Shown in pieces: positions 40,738-50,938 of a stretch of 64,000 nt of DNA (positions are counted from its first letter, which is position 1; each line of letters opens with the position of its first letter). The stretch is from Promethearchaeota archaeon (lineage in GTDB: Archaea > Asgardarchaeota > Lokiarchaeia > Sigyniarchaeales > SOKP01): contig JAUVNS010000015.1 in NCBI GenBank assembly GCA_030599585.1, forward strand, positions 1 through 64,000. Direction: 5' to 3'. The notes beneath the pieces were generated by a model, which was not told where the DNA came from, made no database searches, and saw only the letters and a list, made by a program, of their open reading frames with translations. The position numbers were made by a program, and so were the translations under genes.

Positions 40738-41667
40738 TTGGATCTTTCAATGCCTCAAAATAATTTAAATTTATGCCCAGAATGTGGGAATGCAAATCTA
40801 ATTTCTGATAACGCAAGAGGCGAAATAGTCTGTAATGTATGTGGTTTAGTTTTAAGCCAAAACCTTATTGATTCAGGTCCAGAATGGAGAGCCTTTTCTT
40901 CAGAAGAAGCAAATAAAAAAGCTCGAGTAGGAGCACCAACAACATTGACGCTTCATGATAAGGGACTAAGTACTATGATTGGTTGGAAAAATAAGGATGC
41001 TTTTGGTAAGAGCATAAGCCCTAAAATGAAAGCCGAAGTCTATCGATTGAGAAAATGGCATGTTCGAACGAGAACTAACAAATCAATAGATAGAAATTTA
41101 GCATACGCAATGAACGAGTTAGATCGATTTTCATCGCAATTGAGTGTGTCAAGAGAGCTAAAAGAATCTGCAGCTCATATATATAGAAAAATGGCCCATA
41201 AGAACCTTATACGTGGAAGATCAATAGAAGCAATGTTGATAGCATCTATTTATCTATCATGCAGATTAAATAATATCCCTAAAACTCTTGATGATTTTAC
41301 CGAGTTTGCTTTAGTTGATAAAAAAAAAATAGCTCGATGCTATAGGCTAATTTTAACAGAATTGAAGATAAATATTCAGGTTTCTTCACCGATTAATTTC
41401 ATTCCTCGCTTTTGTGCTGAATTAAATCTTTCGGGTAGAACTCAAAACCGAGCTGCAGAATTATTAAAATTAGCTAAAAAATATCATTTAACCGCTGGAA
41501 AAGCACCAACCGGTCTAGCTGGGGCTGCGTTATATGTGGCAGCAATACAAGAAGGAGAAAGGAGGACTCAGAAAGAAATTTCTCTGGCCGCTGGTGTTAC
41601 TGAAGCTACTATTAGGAATAGGTATAAGGAAATAGTAAATCATTTAAGATTTAATTTAAATCCCTAA
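40738..41667 (+). CDS. tfb: Transcription initiation factor TFB
   Basis: CPECG...CNVCG, 'IDSGPEWRAF', 'HDKGLST', 'GKAPTGLAGAALY', 'VTEATIRNRYKE'. Confidence 0.95.
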   Translation: MDLSMPQNNLNLCPECGNANLISDNARGEIVCNVCGLVLSQNLIDSGPEWRAFSSEEANKKARVGAPTTLTLHDKGLSTMIGWKNKDAFGKSISPKMKAEVYRLRKWHVRTRTNKSIDRNLAYAMNELDRFSSQLSVSRELKESAAHIYRKMAHKNLIRGRSIEAMLIASIYLSCRLNNIPKTLDDFTEFALVDKKKIARCYRLILTELKINIQVSSPINFIPRFCAELNLSGRTQNRAAELLKLAKKYHLTAGKAPTGLAGAALYVAAIQEGERRTQKEISLAAGVTEATIRNRYKEIVNHLRFNLNP

Positions 41668-41707
41668 AGAGCATTGAAAACGAGATAACAATAAAATTGG
41701 TAGAGAT

Positions 41708-41857
41708 TTAAATAACTTTAATCCGTTTTATTACATCAGGGCGTTTTTTATATAATATACGAAAACCACAGTGAGAACATTTTATCCCTGGAAGTGCGTT
41801 TAATTCTTTTTTAGAGACATCTTTTCCGCAACTTTTTCGAGCACAAACATATTTCAT
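41708..41857 (-). CDS. rpo12: RNA polymerase subunit Rpo12 (RpoP), 49 aa, below ORF-track cutoff
   Basis: MKYVCARKSCGKDV...GIKCSHCGFRILYKKRPDVIKRIKVI*. Confidence 0.9.
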   Translation of the reverse strand: MKYVCARKSCGKDVSKKELNALPGIKCSHCGFRILYKKRPDVIKRIKVI

Positions 41858-41957
41858 AATTTTTAAAATTAATTAAAGTTAAAAAATTTTTCGCACATAA
41901 TTAAAAATGCTGACAAAATTCCTTAAAATATAGAATTTGTTAAGAAAATAAATAGAA

Positions 41958-42773
41958 TTATATGTATAATGACTTTCTCTTATCCTCAGTATCAACAAAC
42001 TGAAATGTATTAAGATCTTTCTCTAATTGGTCTCTTTTGTCTTGTAGATTTTTAGTTATATTCTCTATATTATCAAGTGAATATTTCTTTTTAATTGGTA
42101 AAGTGAACGATTTCTTTAACATCTCCAAAAGTGTTATTGACGCCTTTAAATCAGTTATATCTTCATTTACCATAGCGATGTTATCTGTTTCTGCTAAAAG
42201 AACTATTCCGTCTAAATCAAACCGGGCTTTTGCTAGTGTAGGGATTAACCCATTAGCACCAATAATTACTCCTTTTTGAATCTTATCACAATTGGTTTTA
42301 GCAATAAAATTTTCTAACAACTCTCGGTTTGTCGAACTTGCATATATTTTTGGAATTTTTGTATTGATTTTGCGACTATTTATTGGATATGCTCCTAAGG
42401 CTATTATCAATTTAATTTTACATTGAAATATAATTTCCGCAAGGAAATTTGAAATTCTATAGATACCTTTAGGTGTTAAACTCTGAGCGTCCGCAGTAAT
42501 TAAAAAAATATCTCTTTTTTGTTCAGGATCTTTCCAAAATAAAATCTCTGCTTTAGGAGCGGACAACATACTATCGTCCACTATAGCTCCTGCTGGATAA
42601 TCATCAAATATAAAATCCATTAAGTTTTTAGCGTCTAATTGTCCTATTAAAGAATCAATCGCAAATTTTCCTACATCGGCTATTCCTGGCATACCTAAAA
42701 TACATATTGGATCGTTAAAATCCTCCTCGTTAAAATCAAAATGTTTAATAATTCTTATCCCAGACTCTGTCAT
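41958..42773 (-). CDS. PAC2-family proteasome assembly chaperone-like protein
   Basis: 'GMPGIADVGKFA', 'IIALGAY', 'IIGANGLI', 'LLAET'; C-terminal LYI (HbYX-like). Confidence 0.85.
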   Translation of the reverse strand: MTESGIRIIKHFDFNEEDFNDPICILGMPGIADVGKFAIDSLIGQLDAKNLMDFIFDDYPAGAIVDDSMLSAPKAEILFWKDPEQKRDIFLITADAQSLTPKGIYRISNFLAEIIFQCKIKLIIALGAYPINSRKINTKIPKIYASSTNRELLENFIAKTNCDKIQKGVIIGANGLIPTLAKARFDLDGIVLLAETDNIAMVNEDITDLKASITLLEMLKKSFTLPIKKKYSLDNIENITKNLQDKRDQLEKDLNTFQFVDTEDKRKSLYI

Positions 42774-42934
42774 TTTTTTTAGCTTAACTATTATTTTATG
42801 ATATAATAAGAGTCATAATTAAGTCTTTAAAATCAATGTGTTATCCTAATAGACACAAGATTTACCGTAATAGTAATACATTCATAATATCACAAAAATT
42901 TTATTTTCTGAAGTATCATTAGATATATCGGATT

Positions 42935-43567
42935 TTGTACCGACAATATTTAATTTTTTTTAATCATTTAGAAGTGACCGAGCTAAATTATGCATGTCTG
43001 AAATGCGGGGCATGTTGCCACGAAATTGAATACAAAAAAAGAATCCCCTTGTATCCTGAAGAGGCGAATATCTTAATCGAGATAGCAAAAAAACGAGGAA
43101 TTGCTTTAAAGATTATAGAAGACTTAGTTTTTCCTGATATTTTAAATAAAAAAATTTTAATTGTAACATACAAAATATTATTTGACAAAAAAATAAATGG
43201 ATGCCCTTTCTACGATAACAATTATGGTTGTACAGTTCACGATACAAAACCCTTAGCATGTAAAGCATATCCTTTAGCTTTAAAACAAGTAGATGCTTTT
43301 AATTTTCAAATTAGCGTTGATCCCTTATGCCATTATGTAATTAAGCACTATGATCTAATAAAAAATGCTAGTTTCTCGACTATGAAAGAAATTTTTAAAA
43401 ACGAATATCCAAATGCACAAAACCATTTAACAAAAAATAAAAATTTAATGCTGAAAATTAAGCAACTTGAATTTGAAAAAAAAATTAAGATTTCTAGACA
43501 AATAAGTTTAAAGGATTTCAATACATATTTGAAAGAATGGGAAAGGGAAGAATTAACTACGAATTAA
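42935..43567 (+). CDS. YkgJ/CxxCxxCC cysteine-cluster protein
   Basis: CLKCGACC...CPFY...CTVHDTKPLACKAYP. Confidence 0.85.
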   Translation: MYRQYLIFFNHLEVTELNYACLKCGACCHEIEYKKRIPLYPEEANILIEIAKKRGIALKIIEDLVFPDILNKKILIVTYKILFDKKINGCPFYDNNYGCTVHDTKPLACKAYPLALKQVDAFNFQISVDPLCHYVIKHYDLIKNASFSTMKEIFKNEYPNAQNHLTKNKNLMLKIKQLEFEKKIKISRQISLKDFNTYLKEWEREELTTN

Positions 43568-44217
43568 TGATTGATTCTATTATGAAAAAATTTATATCTT
43601 TACTCTCAGGTGGTTTGGATAGCCCAATCGCAGCATACTTAATGATTAAAAAAGGATTTACTCCTACTTTTCTCTCGTTTTTAACTTCAGACGATTACGA
43701 AGGTTCTATGAAAAATAAAGTTATTAAAATTGTAAGAATCTTATCAAAGTTTACAAACGATGAATTGAAAATATTATTCATTAACCACGACAATAACTTA
43801 GACGCTTTTAAAGAATTTTGTGACAGAAAATTAACATGTGTTTTATGTAAGCGATTAATGTTAAGAATAGCTAAGAAATTAGGAGAATTAAATCAAACAA
43901 ATATCATAGTTACTGGTGACATTTTAGGAGAACAAGCAAGTCAAACTCTCGACAATTTATACGCCTATAACAATATTATCTCTGGTTGTGTAATGTTAAG
44001 GCCATTAATAGGATGCGATAAACAAGAAGTAATAGATTTAAACAAGCAAATAGGGTCCTATAATGCCTCTTCAGAATCCTCAGCAGGATGCACTTTTAAC
44101 CCTCAATACCCTGAAACTCATGCGAAACTTGGCGAAGTCCTCAATTCAGAAAAAAAAGTAAATATTGAGGAGCTGATTATGAAATCGATTAAGAATGCAG
44201 AGATTTTAAAATTTTAA
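43537..44217 (+). CDS. ThiI-like PP-loop sulfurtransferase (catalytic domain only)
   Basis: 'LLSGGLDSPIA', 'CVLCKRLM', 'TGDILGEQASQTLDNL', 'RPLIG'; no THUMP domain; true start probably a later ATG. Confidence 0.85.
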   Translation: MGKGRINYELMIDSIMKKFISLLSGGLDSPIAAYLMIKKGFTPTFLSFLTSDDYEGSMKNKVIKIVRILSKFTNDELKILFINHDNNLDAFKEFCDRKLTCVLCKRLMLRIAKKLGELNQTNIIVTGDILGEQASQTLDNLYAYNNIISGCVMLRPLIGCDKQEVIDLNKQIGSYNASSESSAGCTFNPQYPETHAKLGEVLNSEKKVNIEELIMKSIKNAEILKF

Positions 44218-44598
44218 ATCTAAATCGTCAATAAATTCATTAAATTCATCATCTTTCAGCTCAGATTCTTTAAAATCAGGCAAAAATTCACAGATTACTT
44301 GAGCTAATAAATGTTTACAAAACGATCTTCTTCTTTGAATCACTACGGATTTATAAAAGTCTTGGCAAGAGCAGTACAATTTTGGATATAACAAATATTC
44401 ATCATTTTCTCCCAAAGCTATCCAAACAACTCTCCTCGAAGGGTTAAAGGTATATTTTGTTATACCTCTTTTTATAACCTTTAAAACCTTGTCGACTTTG
44501 TCAGGAAAATTTGTATCAATGAAATTCAACAATTCTTCATCAATAACGCCTTTCTTTTCAGCCATCAAAGATATATCAAATAATAAATCTTTTGACAT
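44206..44598 (-). CDS. SWIM zinc-finger protein
   Basis: 'YCSCQDF...CKHLLA'. Confidence 0.85.
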   Translation of the reverse strand: MSKDLLFDISLMAEKKGVIDEELLNFIDTNFPDKVDKVLKVIKRGITKYTFNPSRRVVWIALGENDEYLLYPKLYCSCQDFYKSVVIQRRRSFCKHLLAQVICEFLPDFKESELKDDEFNEFIDDLDLKF

Positions 44599-44647
44599 TT
44601 GATCATCATATATTATTTATAATTGATAAATAAAAAGGATCTTAAGA

Positions 44648-45952
44648 TTGAACCATATTTTATATTTTCCAACAAGATATTTCCCCGCTATTTCGGGCGC
44701 AGAATTTTATATCCAAAGTATGGCAGAAATATTAAATTTGAAATACAACTATGATATTCAAGTCTATACTTCCACTGCAATTGACTTTAAAGCTTTAAGA
44801 GAATCAAGGGGGAGAATTATAAAACCAGGGGAAAAATATTACGAAAATGTAAACAAGTTAAAAATTACTCGCTTTCCTGTTAAGTATAACATTTCACAAG
44901 ATGAAAAGCTAACACTCGTAAAAAAAGAAGCATCTTACGAGGGTTTAGAACTATCTGACGAGTGTCTGATTGAGTATTTAAGAAATGGACCCTTCTTGGA
45001 AAAACTCCTTAAAAACATGGTGCGCCCCACTGAGATTTCCTTCGATTTAGTTCATACAAGCTTCTTTCCCTATTTTAATACAATCTTAACTCTGATGTTA
45101 GGAAAACTTACAAATAAACCAACTGTTTGTACTCCCTTTTTTCATTTCTCAAATCCCAGATATCTTAACAAAAACTATTTCGAAGCAATGCACAAGTTTG
45201 ATAAGATAATTGCTTGTACTCATCTTGAAAAGAAAGTATTAATTGAAACAATGGGCATTCCAGAAGAAAAAATAAAAGTTATTTCTATGGGAGTAGATTA
45301 CAAGAAATTTATATTACCAAAGAAGCTAACTCCTAAGAGATTTAATTTTAAACAGAAGTATTTTAAACCAAATGAAAAGAATCACAGAATGGTATTATTC
45401 TGTGGATATAAAAATTATGAGAAAGGAGCAATTTCAATTTTAAAAGCAATTCCTTACATCTTAAAAAAATTTAGAAAAGTGTATTTTGTCTTTATTGGGC
45501 CATCTACTATTGCGTTTAATAGAGAGCTCTCTAAAATTCAGAAAGCTATCCATCCTCGAGTTATTAACTTAACTCCGGATAATTTAACGGGATATTACGA
45601 TGTAAAGAAAATCGCAGCTTTCAACGAAACTGATGTTTTTTTGATGCCAAGCCGAAGTGATGCGTATGGTATTGCTTTTCTAGAAGCTTGGGCTTCTGGT
45701 AAACCCGTTATAGGTGCAAATATTGGGGCGACGCCAGAAGTTATAAGAGATAAAGTTGATGGGTTACTTGTTGAGTTTGACGATTATATTGACATCGCCG
45801 ACAAAGTTGTATTGTTATTAAAAAAGAAGCGATTAAGCAAAAATTTAGGATTAGAAGGTAGAAATAAAGTTCAAGAAAGTCTTTCTTGGGACATAATAGC
45901 TAAGAAAACGCACGAAACATATCAAGAATTAATTTTAAAAGAAGGTGAATAA
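44648..45952 (+). CDS. Glycosyltransferase family 4
   Basis: 'YFPAISGAE', 'EKG', 'MPSRSDAYGIAFLEAWASGKPVIG'. Confidence 0.9.
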   Translation: MNHILYFPTRYFPAISGAEFYIQSMAEILNLKYNYDIQVYTSTAIDFKALRESRGRIIKPGEKYYENVNKLKITRFPVKYNISQDEKLTLVKKEASYEGLELSDECLIEYLRNGPFLEKLLKNMVRPTEISFDLVHTSFFPYFNTILTLMLGKLTNKPTVCTPFFHFSNPRYLNKNYFEAMHKFDKIIACTHLEKKVLIETMGIPEEKIKVISMGVDYKKFILPKKLTPKRFNFKQKYFKPNEKNHRMVLFCGYKNYEKGAISILKAIPYILKKFRKVYFVFIGPSTIAFNRELSKIQKAIHPRVINLTPDNLTGYYDVKKIAAFNETDVFLMPSRSDAYGIAFLEAWASGKPVIGANIGATPEVIRDKVDGLLVEFDDYIDIADKVVLLLKKKRLSKNLGLEGRNKVQESLSWDIIAKKTHETYQELILKEGE

Positions 45953-47174
45953 ATTGAAAAAAATATCTGGAAATCCCTATTTAAATAAAAAGGAGGGAGA
46001 ATTATTAATTGACGGCATCCTACTTAATGAAATTTTAAAAACTTATGCAACTCCCTTAATTATTTTTTTAGAAAATAGAGTTAGAAATAATATAAACACC
46101 TTTAATAAAGTCTTTAAATCTGTATTTAACAATTTCCAATGTTTTTATTCTTTCAAGGCTAATTTCCTTCCTGAAATATGCAACATTATTCAATCAGAAG
46201 GCTTAGGTGCTGAATTAATTGGACTACCTGAACTAAAGTTAGCGTTGAAATTACAATTTCCTCCAGATAAGATAATAGTAGGCGGTCCTTATTTGCCACA
46301 AGAGCTTATCGAAAAATGCGTTCAAGAAAAAATCAAAGAAATTGTCGTATATAACATTAATGATTTAATTAAAATCAACGCTATGGCTGAAAGATATCAA
46401 ATGGTTCAAGATATTTGTCTAAGGGTTAATACTCAAAAATATGGAACTAAATTAGGTATTTATTTGAACCAAATAAATGTAAATAAATTAAAAGTAATTA
46501 TTAATGAATGTGAAAACCTTAGAATTACAACCTTATTATCTCATTATTCTACTCAGATGAATAACTTTGATCTTTTTATAAAAAATGCAGAAAACGTTAT
46601 GGATAGTACTAAAATTTTGTTCGATGCTGGAATTAATATCGAAAACATAAATTTGGGAGGAGGATTTCCTGAAGCAGTAATAATGCCAGAAAATCAGTTG
46701 AAAGAGCTAGCTTCAAAAATACATTTCCTTGTAAGTAATTTTGAGATCAGTTTTAAAAACATCTATTTTGAGCCAGGACGTTATCTGGTTGGGGATGCAG
46801 GCTTACTCATTGCTAAAATTATCAAAGTTACTGATGATAGATGGATTTTCTTAAACATAGGTAATCACATCTGTCCTAAATTTTCAAAATCCTCTATGAG
46901 ATTTTATAATGCCACAAGAATTGAGGAACCACATAAATTTAAAACATCAATAGCAGGAATTATTCCTACCGATCAAGATGTGTTAGCTAAAGATTATTTT
47001 TTTACCCACGACCTAAAAGAAGGAGATATGGTGGTTATTACAAATGCAGGAGCCTATAATCTGACCTTTTCTAATCGATTTCCCTATATCCTTCCCAACA
47101 TAATTCTCGTTACAGATACAAATGCTAAAAATATTTTTAATCCCTCAGTAAATCATGATTTTTCTATTAATTAA
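45945..47174 (+). CDS. Orn/DAP/Arg decarboxylase family (LysA-like) PLP enzyme
   Basis: 'YATPL', 'YSFKAN', 'INLGGGF', 'FEPGRYLV', 'NAGAY'. Confidence 0.85.
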   Translation: MNKLKKISGNPYLNKKEGELLIDGILLNEILKTYATPLIIFLENRVRNNINTFNKVFKSVFNNFQCFYSFKANFLPEICNIIQSEGLGAELIGLPELKLALKLQFPPDKIIVGGPYLPQELIEKCVQEKIKEIVVYNINDLIKINAMAERYQMVQDICLRVNTQKYGTKLGIYLNQINVNKLKVIINECENLRITTLLSHYSTQMNNFDLFIKNAENVMDSTKILFDAGINIENINLGGGFPEAVIMPENQLKELASKIHFLVSNFEISFKNIYFEPGRYLVGDAGLLIAKIIKVTDDRWIFLNIGNHICPKFSKSSMRFYNATRIEEPHKFKTSIAGIIPTDQDVLAKDYFFTHDLKEGDMVVITNAGAYNLTFSNRFPYILPNIILVTDTNAKNIFNPSVNHDFSIN

Positions 47175-47175
47175 A

Positions 47176-47316
47176 CCTCCGAAAAGAACGTCTATAACTG
47201 TGTTACACGAGCTCGAGTCAGCAAAATTACGCATAACTCTAATCAGAGCAGTGGGTGATGCTACATTAAAATCAAAATCGTTAAATTCAGCAAAAACAAA
47301 TATTAATCAAGAGTAA
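47176..47316 (+). pseudogene. proC 3'-end fragment
   Basis: Translates PPKRTSITVLHELESAKLRITLIRAVGDATLKSKSLNSAKTNINQE*, against the proC C-terminus TPGGTTITAIHELESAKIRATLIRAVEAATIKSKSLNSAKANNNR*. Confidence 0.85.
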
Positions 47317-47360
47317 TTTTCTTTAAGTTATTTTAGAAGTATTTTTGTGATCTGATACAA

Positions 47361-48575
47361 ATGGTAAAATTATCCAAGTTTGGAGAAGATTATTTACAAT
47401 TAGCATTCCGGATTGATAAGCACATTAATGGATATATAGATTTTTATATTGGTCCGGAAAAACTTAGGCATGTTATAAGTAATGAATCCCTAACAGCCCC
47501 AAAAAAATTATTGGATGATTACAAAGATTTGATAAAACAATTAGGATCTCAAGGGTTTAACAAGGAGCGCGAAATATATATAAAAAAAATGCTTATAGCA
47601 ATGAAAACATCTATCGAACTAATTATTGGTACAAAGATTCCTATAAAGGAACAGTTTTTAAAACTTTACGATGTTGCTCTTAAGCCCGTAGATGAGTCAG
47701 AATTTAAGAATTTAAAAGATGAATTTGATAAAGCTTATCCCGGTTTTGGAAGTCTAGAAGAACGAATGAAAAAATATAGAATAAGGCGAAAAGTTCCTGA
47801 GAAAAAAGTATTCGTATTTTTTAAGGAAGCACTTGATCTCGTTAGAAAGCGAACAAAAGAGTTATTTCTAGACATATTGCCAAAAGAAGAAAAAATAATT
47901 TTAGAGTTAGTTAATAACAACGAATCAGACGAAAAAATAAAATGGAATTGTTATAACTGGTATTTAGGCAATTGTACTAGCCGAATCGAGGTAAATCCAA
48001 CTTTTGGTATGTATTGGACGGCTTTTTTAATATATGCCTCTCATGAAGGTTATCCAGGGCATCATACTGAATTTGTCTTAAAGGAGCAAAAGTTATTTCG
48101 GGAACAAAATCAATTCGAACATTCTTTATTAATACTTCATTCACCTAAATTGATAATAACTGAAGGTATTGGGAATATAGCAATTTCCGTACTCTATTCA
48201 AATAAAGAATTAGCAGAAAAAGGCTTAAGTAATTTTTGTTCAGATCCCTCTAAAGATGATCCTCTTGAAGTATTGATAGCACAAAATAATATAAGAGGTA
48301 AAAATTCGCTTTTTTTGTATAATCTAGCTTATCGTGCTCTCATAGATAGATATAATAATGATGAGCTTCTTGATTATGGAACGAGCTTAGAAATTTTTAG
48401 TGAAGAGGAGATCAGAAATCAATTAAAAAGATTATCTAATCCAGTTTATTCTAAGAACGCTTTTATGTATGAACTTGGAAGCAATCTTATTAGGAATAAA
48501 TATGGCGGTGTTCCAAGCATTAAAAATTTTAAAAATTTGCTTATTAATCCAGTTTTGCCTTCTGACTTAATCTAA
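47361..48575 (+). CDS. DUF885-like zincin metallopeptidase, copy B
   Basis: 'SHEGYPGHHTE', 'TEGIG'; collinear with copy A over its full length. Confidence 0.7.
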   Translation: MVKLSKFGEDYLQLAFRIDKHINGYIDFYIGPEKLRHVISNESLTAPKKLLDDYKDLIKQLGSQGFNKEREIYIKKMLIAMKTSIELIIGTKIPIKEQFLKLYDVALKPVDESEFKNLKDEFDKAYPGFGSLEERMKKYRIRRKVPEKKVFVFFKEALDLVRKRTKELFLDILPKEEKIILELVNNNESDEKIKWNCYNWYLGNCTSRIEVNPTFGMYWTAFLIYASHEGYPGHHTEFVLKEQKLFREQNQFEHSLLILHSPKLIITEGIGNIAISVLYSNKELAEKGLSNFCSDPSKDDPLEVLIAQNNIRGKNSLFLYNLAYRALIDRYNNDELLDYGTSLEIFSEEEIRNQLKRLSNPVYSKNAFMYELGSNLIRNKYGGVPSIKNFKNLLINPVLPSDLI

Positions 48576-48752
48576 TAGATATTTTAGTGTTAATGCAATT
48601 CTTTAATCCCAAAATTTGTCAAAATTAAAATTTTATTGAAGTTTAAATAGGTTTTTGAAACTAATTTAATGAAGGAAGGAAGTAATTTGATTCATTCTTC
48701 ATATTTCAAAGTTTCGATTAAAAACATTTAAGTTCATATAAAGGTGGAAAAA

Positions 48753-48782
48753 ATGCCTGGTAGAGATAATATTCAACCCTAA
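48753..48782 (+). CDS. Micro-ORF MPGRDNIQP (9 aa)
   Basis: ATG CCT GGT AGA GAT AAT ATT CAA CCC TAA; SD AAGGTGG upstream. Confidence 0.7.
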   Translation: MPGRDNIQP

Positions 48783-48954
48783 TTTGGAGCTTTTCATAAA
48801 AATCATTCAATATAATATTTTTATATAAGCCCATATATTTCTTCTTCTTTTTTAATTCGAAATTTATATAACTTTCTTAAATAGTATTATTGAAGGTTCA
48901 TTTATGAATCCACAAATGATAAAAAAACATAGAACTTAACTTGTGTGAAGATAA

Positions 48955-48987
48955 ATGCCTGGTCAACCGGGAACATTTCCTAAATAA
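48955..48987 (+). CDS. Micro-ORF MPGQPGTFPK (10 aa)
   Basis: ATG CCT GGT CAA CCG GGA ACA TTT CCT AAA TAA; GTGTGA upstream. Confidence 0.65.
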   Translation: MPGQPGTFPK

Positions 48988-49379
48988 AATTTATTTACAA
49001 GTAATATTTTTATCTTTTCTCTTTTTTTTTAACTTTGTCGCCTGTTCGTTGTTTACCCTTAATTTAAATGTTTTGATTTCAAACGCTTCTTTTTCTTTTC
49101 TTTTTTACAGAACGCATAAATAGAGCGTCCTAATTGATTAAAACTCGTTTAAATAACATCTAATTTTGTTAAATCATCTAAGAAATCCTTAGTTTCATCA
49201 AATTTTAAATTTCTCTAATCTGTGTATTTTTTATAAATTTTAATCTCTCAATAAATTATGATTCTTAAATTACGTAAAACCTTACTACATATCTTGTAAG
49301 TAATATGTGAATATCATATTCATTCTAATTTTTTATTTATATTATTTCTATAACGAAAATATAACAACAGTCGTTTTAA

Positions 49380-50492
49380 ATGGAATCTCTAATAAGGAAT
49401 GCTAAAAAAAGAGAAGTAATAAGACCAACCCGAGAAAATTTTGGCTACGCGAATATAAAAATAGTTGGATGCGGGGGAGCCGGTAACAATACTGTCAATC
49501 GATTAATGAAAATAGGAATTCGAGGAGCAAAATGTGTGGCCGTAAATACAGATCTCCAACATTTAGAAAGTGTGGAATCTCATATAAAATTGTTAATTGG
49601 AAAAAATTTAACAAGAGGGTTGGGTGCTGGAGGTAATCCAGATGTAGGAAGAGCTGCTGCTGAAGAGTCTCGTGAAGATTTAACTAAAATACTTAGAGAG
49701 TCTAACTTAGTTTTTATAACATGCGGAGAAGGGGGTGGAACAGGGACTGGTAGTGCACCTATTGTTGCAGAAATAGCTAAACTTGAAGGAGCTATAGTTG
49801 TTGGAGTAGTTACTTTACCCTTTGAAACCGAAATTGGGCGCATTGATAAAGCACAAATCGGTCTTAACGAATTAAAAAAATATGCCGACACTTTAGTAGT
49901 TATAGATAATAACCGTCTTTTAGACATAGCTCCAGACTTGCCCATTATCGAGGCGTTTAGCGTTGCAGACGAAGTATTAGCAACTATGGTCAAAGGAATA
50001 ACTGAAACGATTTCGCTACCATCACTGATTAACTTAGATTTTGCTGATGTTAGAACAATTTTAAGTACTGGAGGCGTAGCAATAGTCGGAGTAGGAGAAT
50101 CTGGTGATAAGAATAACCGCGTAGAAGACGCTATTGAAGACGCTCTCAATTCACCGCTATTAGATGTATCTATTGATGGTGCAAAAGGAGCTCTGATTCA
50201 TATATGTGGGGGAAACGATATGACTTTAGCTGAAGCAAATTCAGTTGCAAAGAAAATATCGGAAAAGATGGATGTAAACAATGCCATGGTTATTTGGGGC
50301 GCACGTGTAAACGATGAATTTGACGGCTACCTTAGAGTTATGCTCCTTATTACAGGCATAAAATCACCACAGATTTTTGGGAAGAAGGTCTCAAGTATTT
50401 CTTCTTTTAATGAAAATATGTTACCTAAGAATCTTAATGAAAGCAAACTTTCTAACGATATCCTTAATATTAGAGAGCTTTCTATTGACTGA
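49380..50492 (+). CDS. ftsZ: Cell division protein FtsZ
   Basis: 'GCGGAGNN', 'NTDLQHL', 'GLGAGGNP', 'GGGTGTG', 'INLDFADV'. Confidence 0.96.
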   Translation: MESLIRNAKKREVIRPTRENFGYANIKIVGCGGAGNNTVNRLMKIGIRGAKCVAVNTDLQHLESVESHIKLLIGKNLTRGLGAGGNPDVGRAAAEESREDLTKILRESNLVFITCGEGGGTGTGSAPIVAEIAKLEGAIVVGVVTLPFETEIGRIDKAQIGLNELKKYADTLVVIDNNRLLDIAPDLPIIEAFSVADEVLATMVKGITETISLPSLINLDFADVRTILSTGGVAIVGVGESGDKNNRVEDAIEDALNSPLLDVSIDGAKGALIHICGGNDMTLAEANSVAKKISEKMDVNNAMVIWGARVNDEFDGYLRVMLLITGIKSPQIFGKKVSSISSFNENMLPKNLNESKLSNDILNIRELSID

Positions 50493-50898
50493 AAAACTTT
50501 TTCTCCTCCTTTTTAAATCTTCTTCTCTAAACATTTATATGAACGATAAATACAGTCTAAAAACTCAAAATGAAGTTAATTCAATTTTAGAAAGATTAAG
50601 CCAGTGGAAAAACGTGTTTATTTTTGAAGTGAGGTATTTTTATGAAGGATGGGCGATCTATATGAGAGAGAAGAACATGTATCCAAGACATCTGGTGATA
50701 TTTAAATCGTATTCTAACGATTATTACTCTATTAAAAGTTTTGAAATTCATTTCAGTAAAAAGAAGGAAACTTATCAAGAGCTTTATATTAATGAGAAGA
50801 TTGACACGGTCCAACAGGTGCAATCTGAAATTAAAGAAATTATTTATGGGAAGTATATTTTAGATTCAATTACAAAATTGAATAATGAATCCATTTGA
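50377..50898 (+). CDS. Hypothetical protein (true start probably internal ATG at ~50539)
   Basis: ORF downstream of ftsZ; the 5' part overlapping ftsZ is probably spurious. Confidence 0.55.
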   Translation: MGRRSQVFLLLMKICYLRILMKANFLTISLILESFLLTEKLFLLLFKSSSLNIYMNDKYSLKTQNEVNSILERLSQWKNVFIFEVRYFYEGWAIYMREKNMYPRHLVIFKSYSNDYYSIKSFEIHFSKKKETYQELYINEKIDTVQQVQSEIKEIIYGKYILDSITKLNNESI

Positions 50899-50938
50899 AA
50901 CTTCATCGCTCAAATACTTAAATTTGGACGAATTAACT

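Noticed and set aside
34468-48987. ATGCCTGGT repeats as a CRISPR array or IS ends
   Set aside because: The repeat is only 9 nt, spacing is ~185-200 nt, there are no cas or transposase genes, and conservation follows codon structure.
48941-49123. 60-aa ORF MCEDKCLVN... and the 63-aa minus-strand ORF at 34447..34638
   Set aside because: Low-complexity, not shared between the two cassettes, and they overlap the better-supported micro-ORFs in other frames.
49580-50149. 189-aa antisense ORF within ftsZ and similar antisense ORFs (e.g. 38955..39335, 31648..32001)
   Set aside because: Shadow ORFs opposite better-supported genes, with no recognisable motifs.
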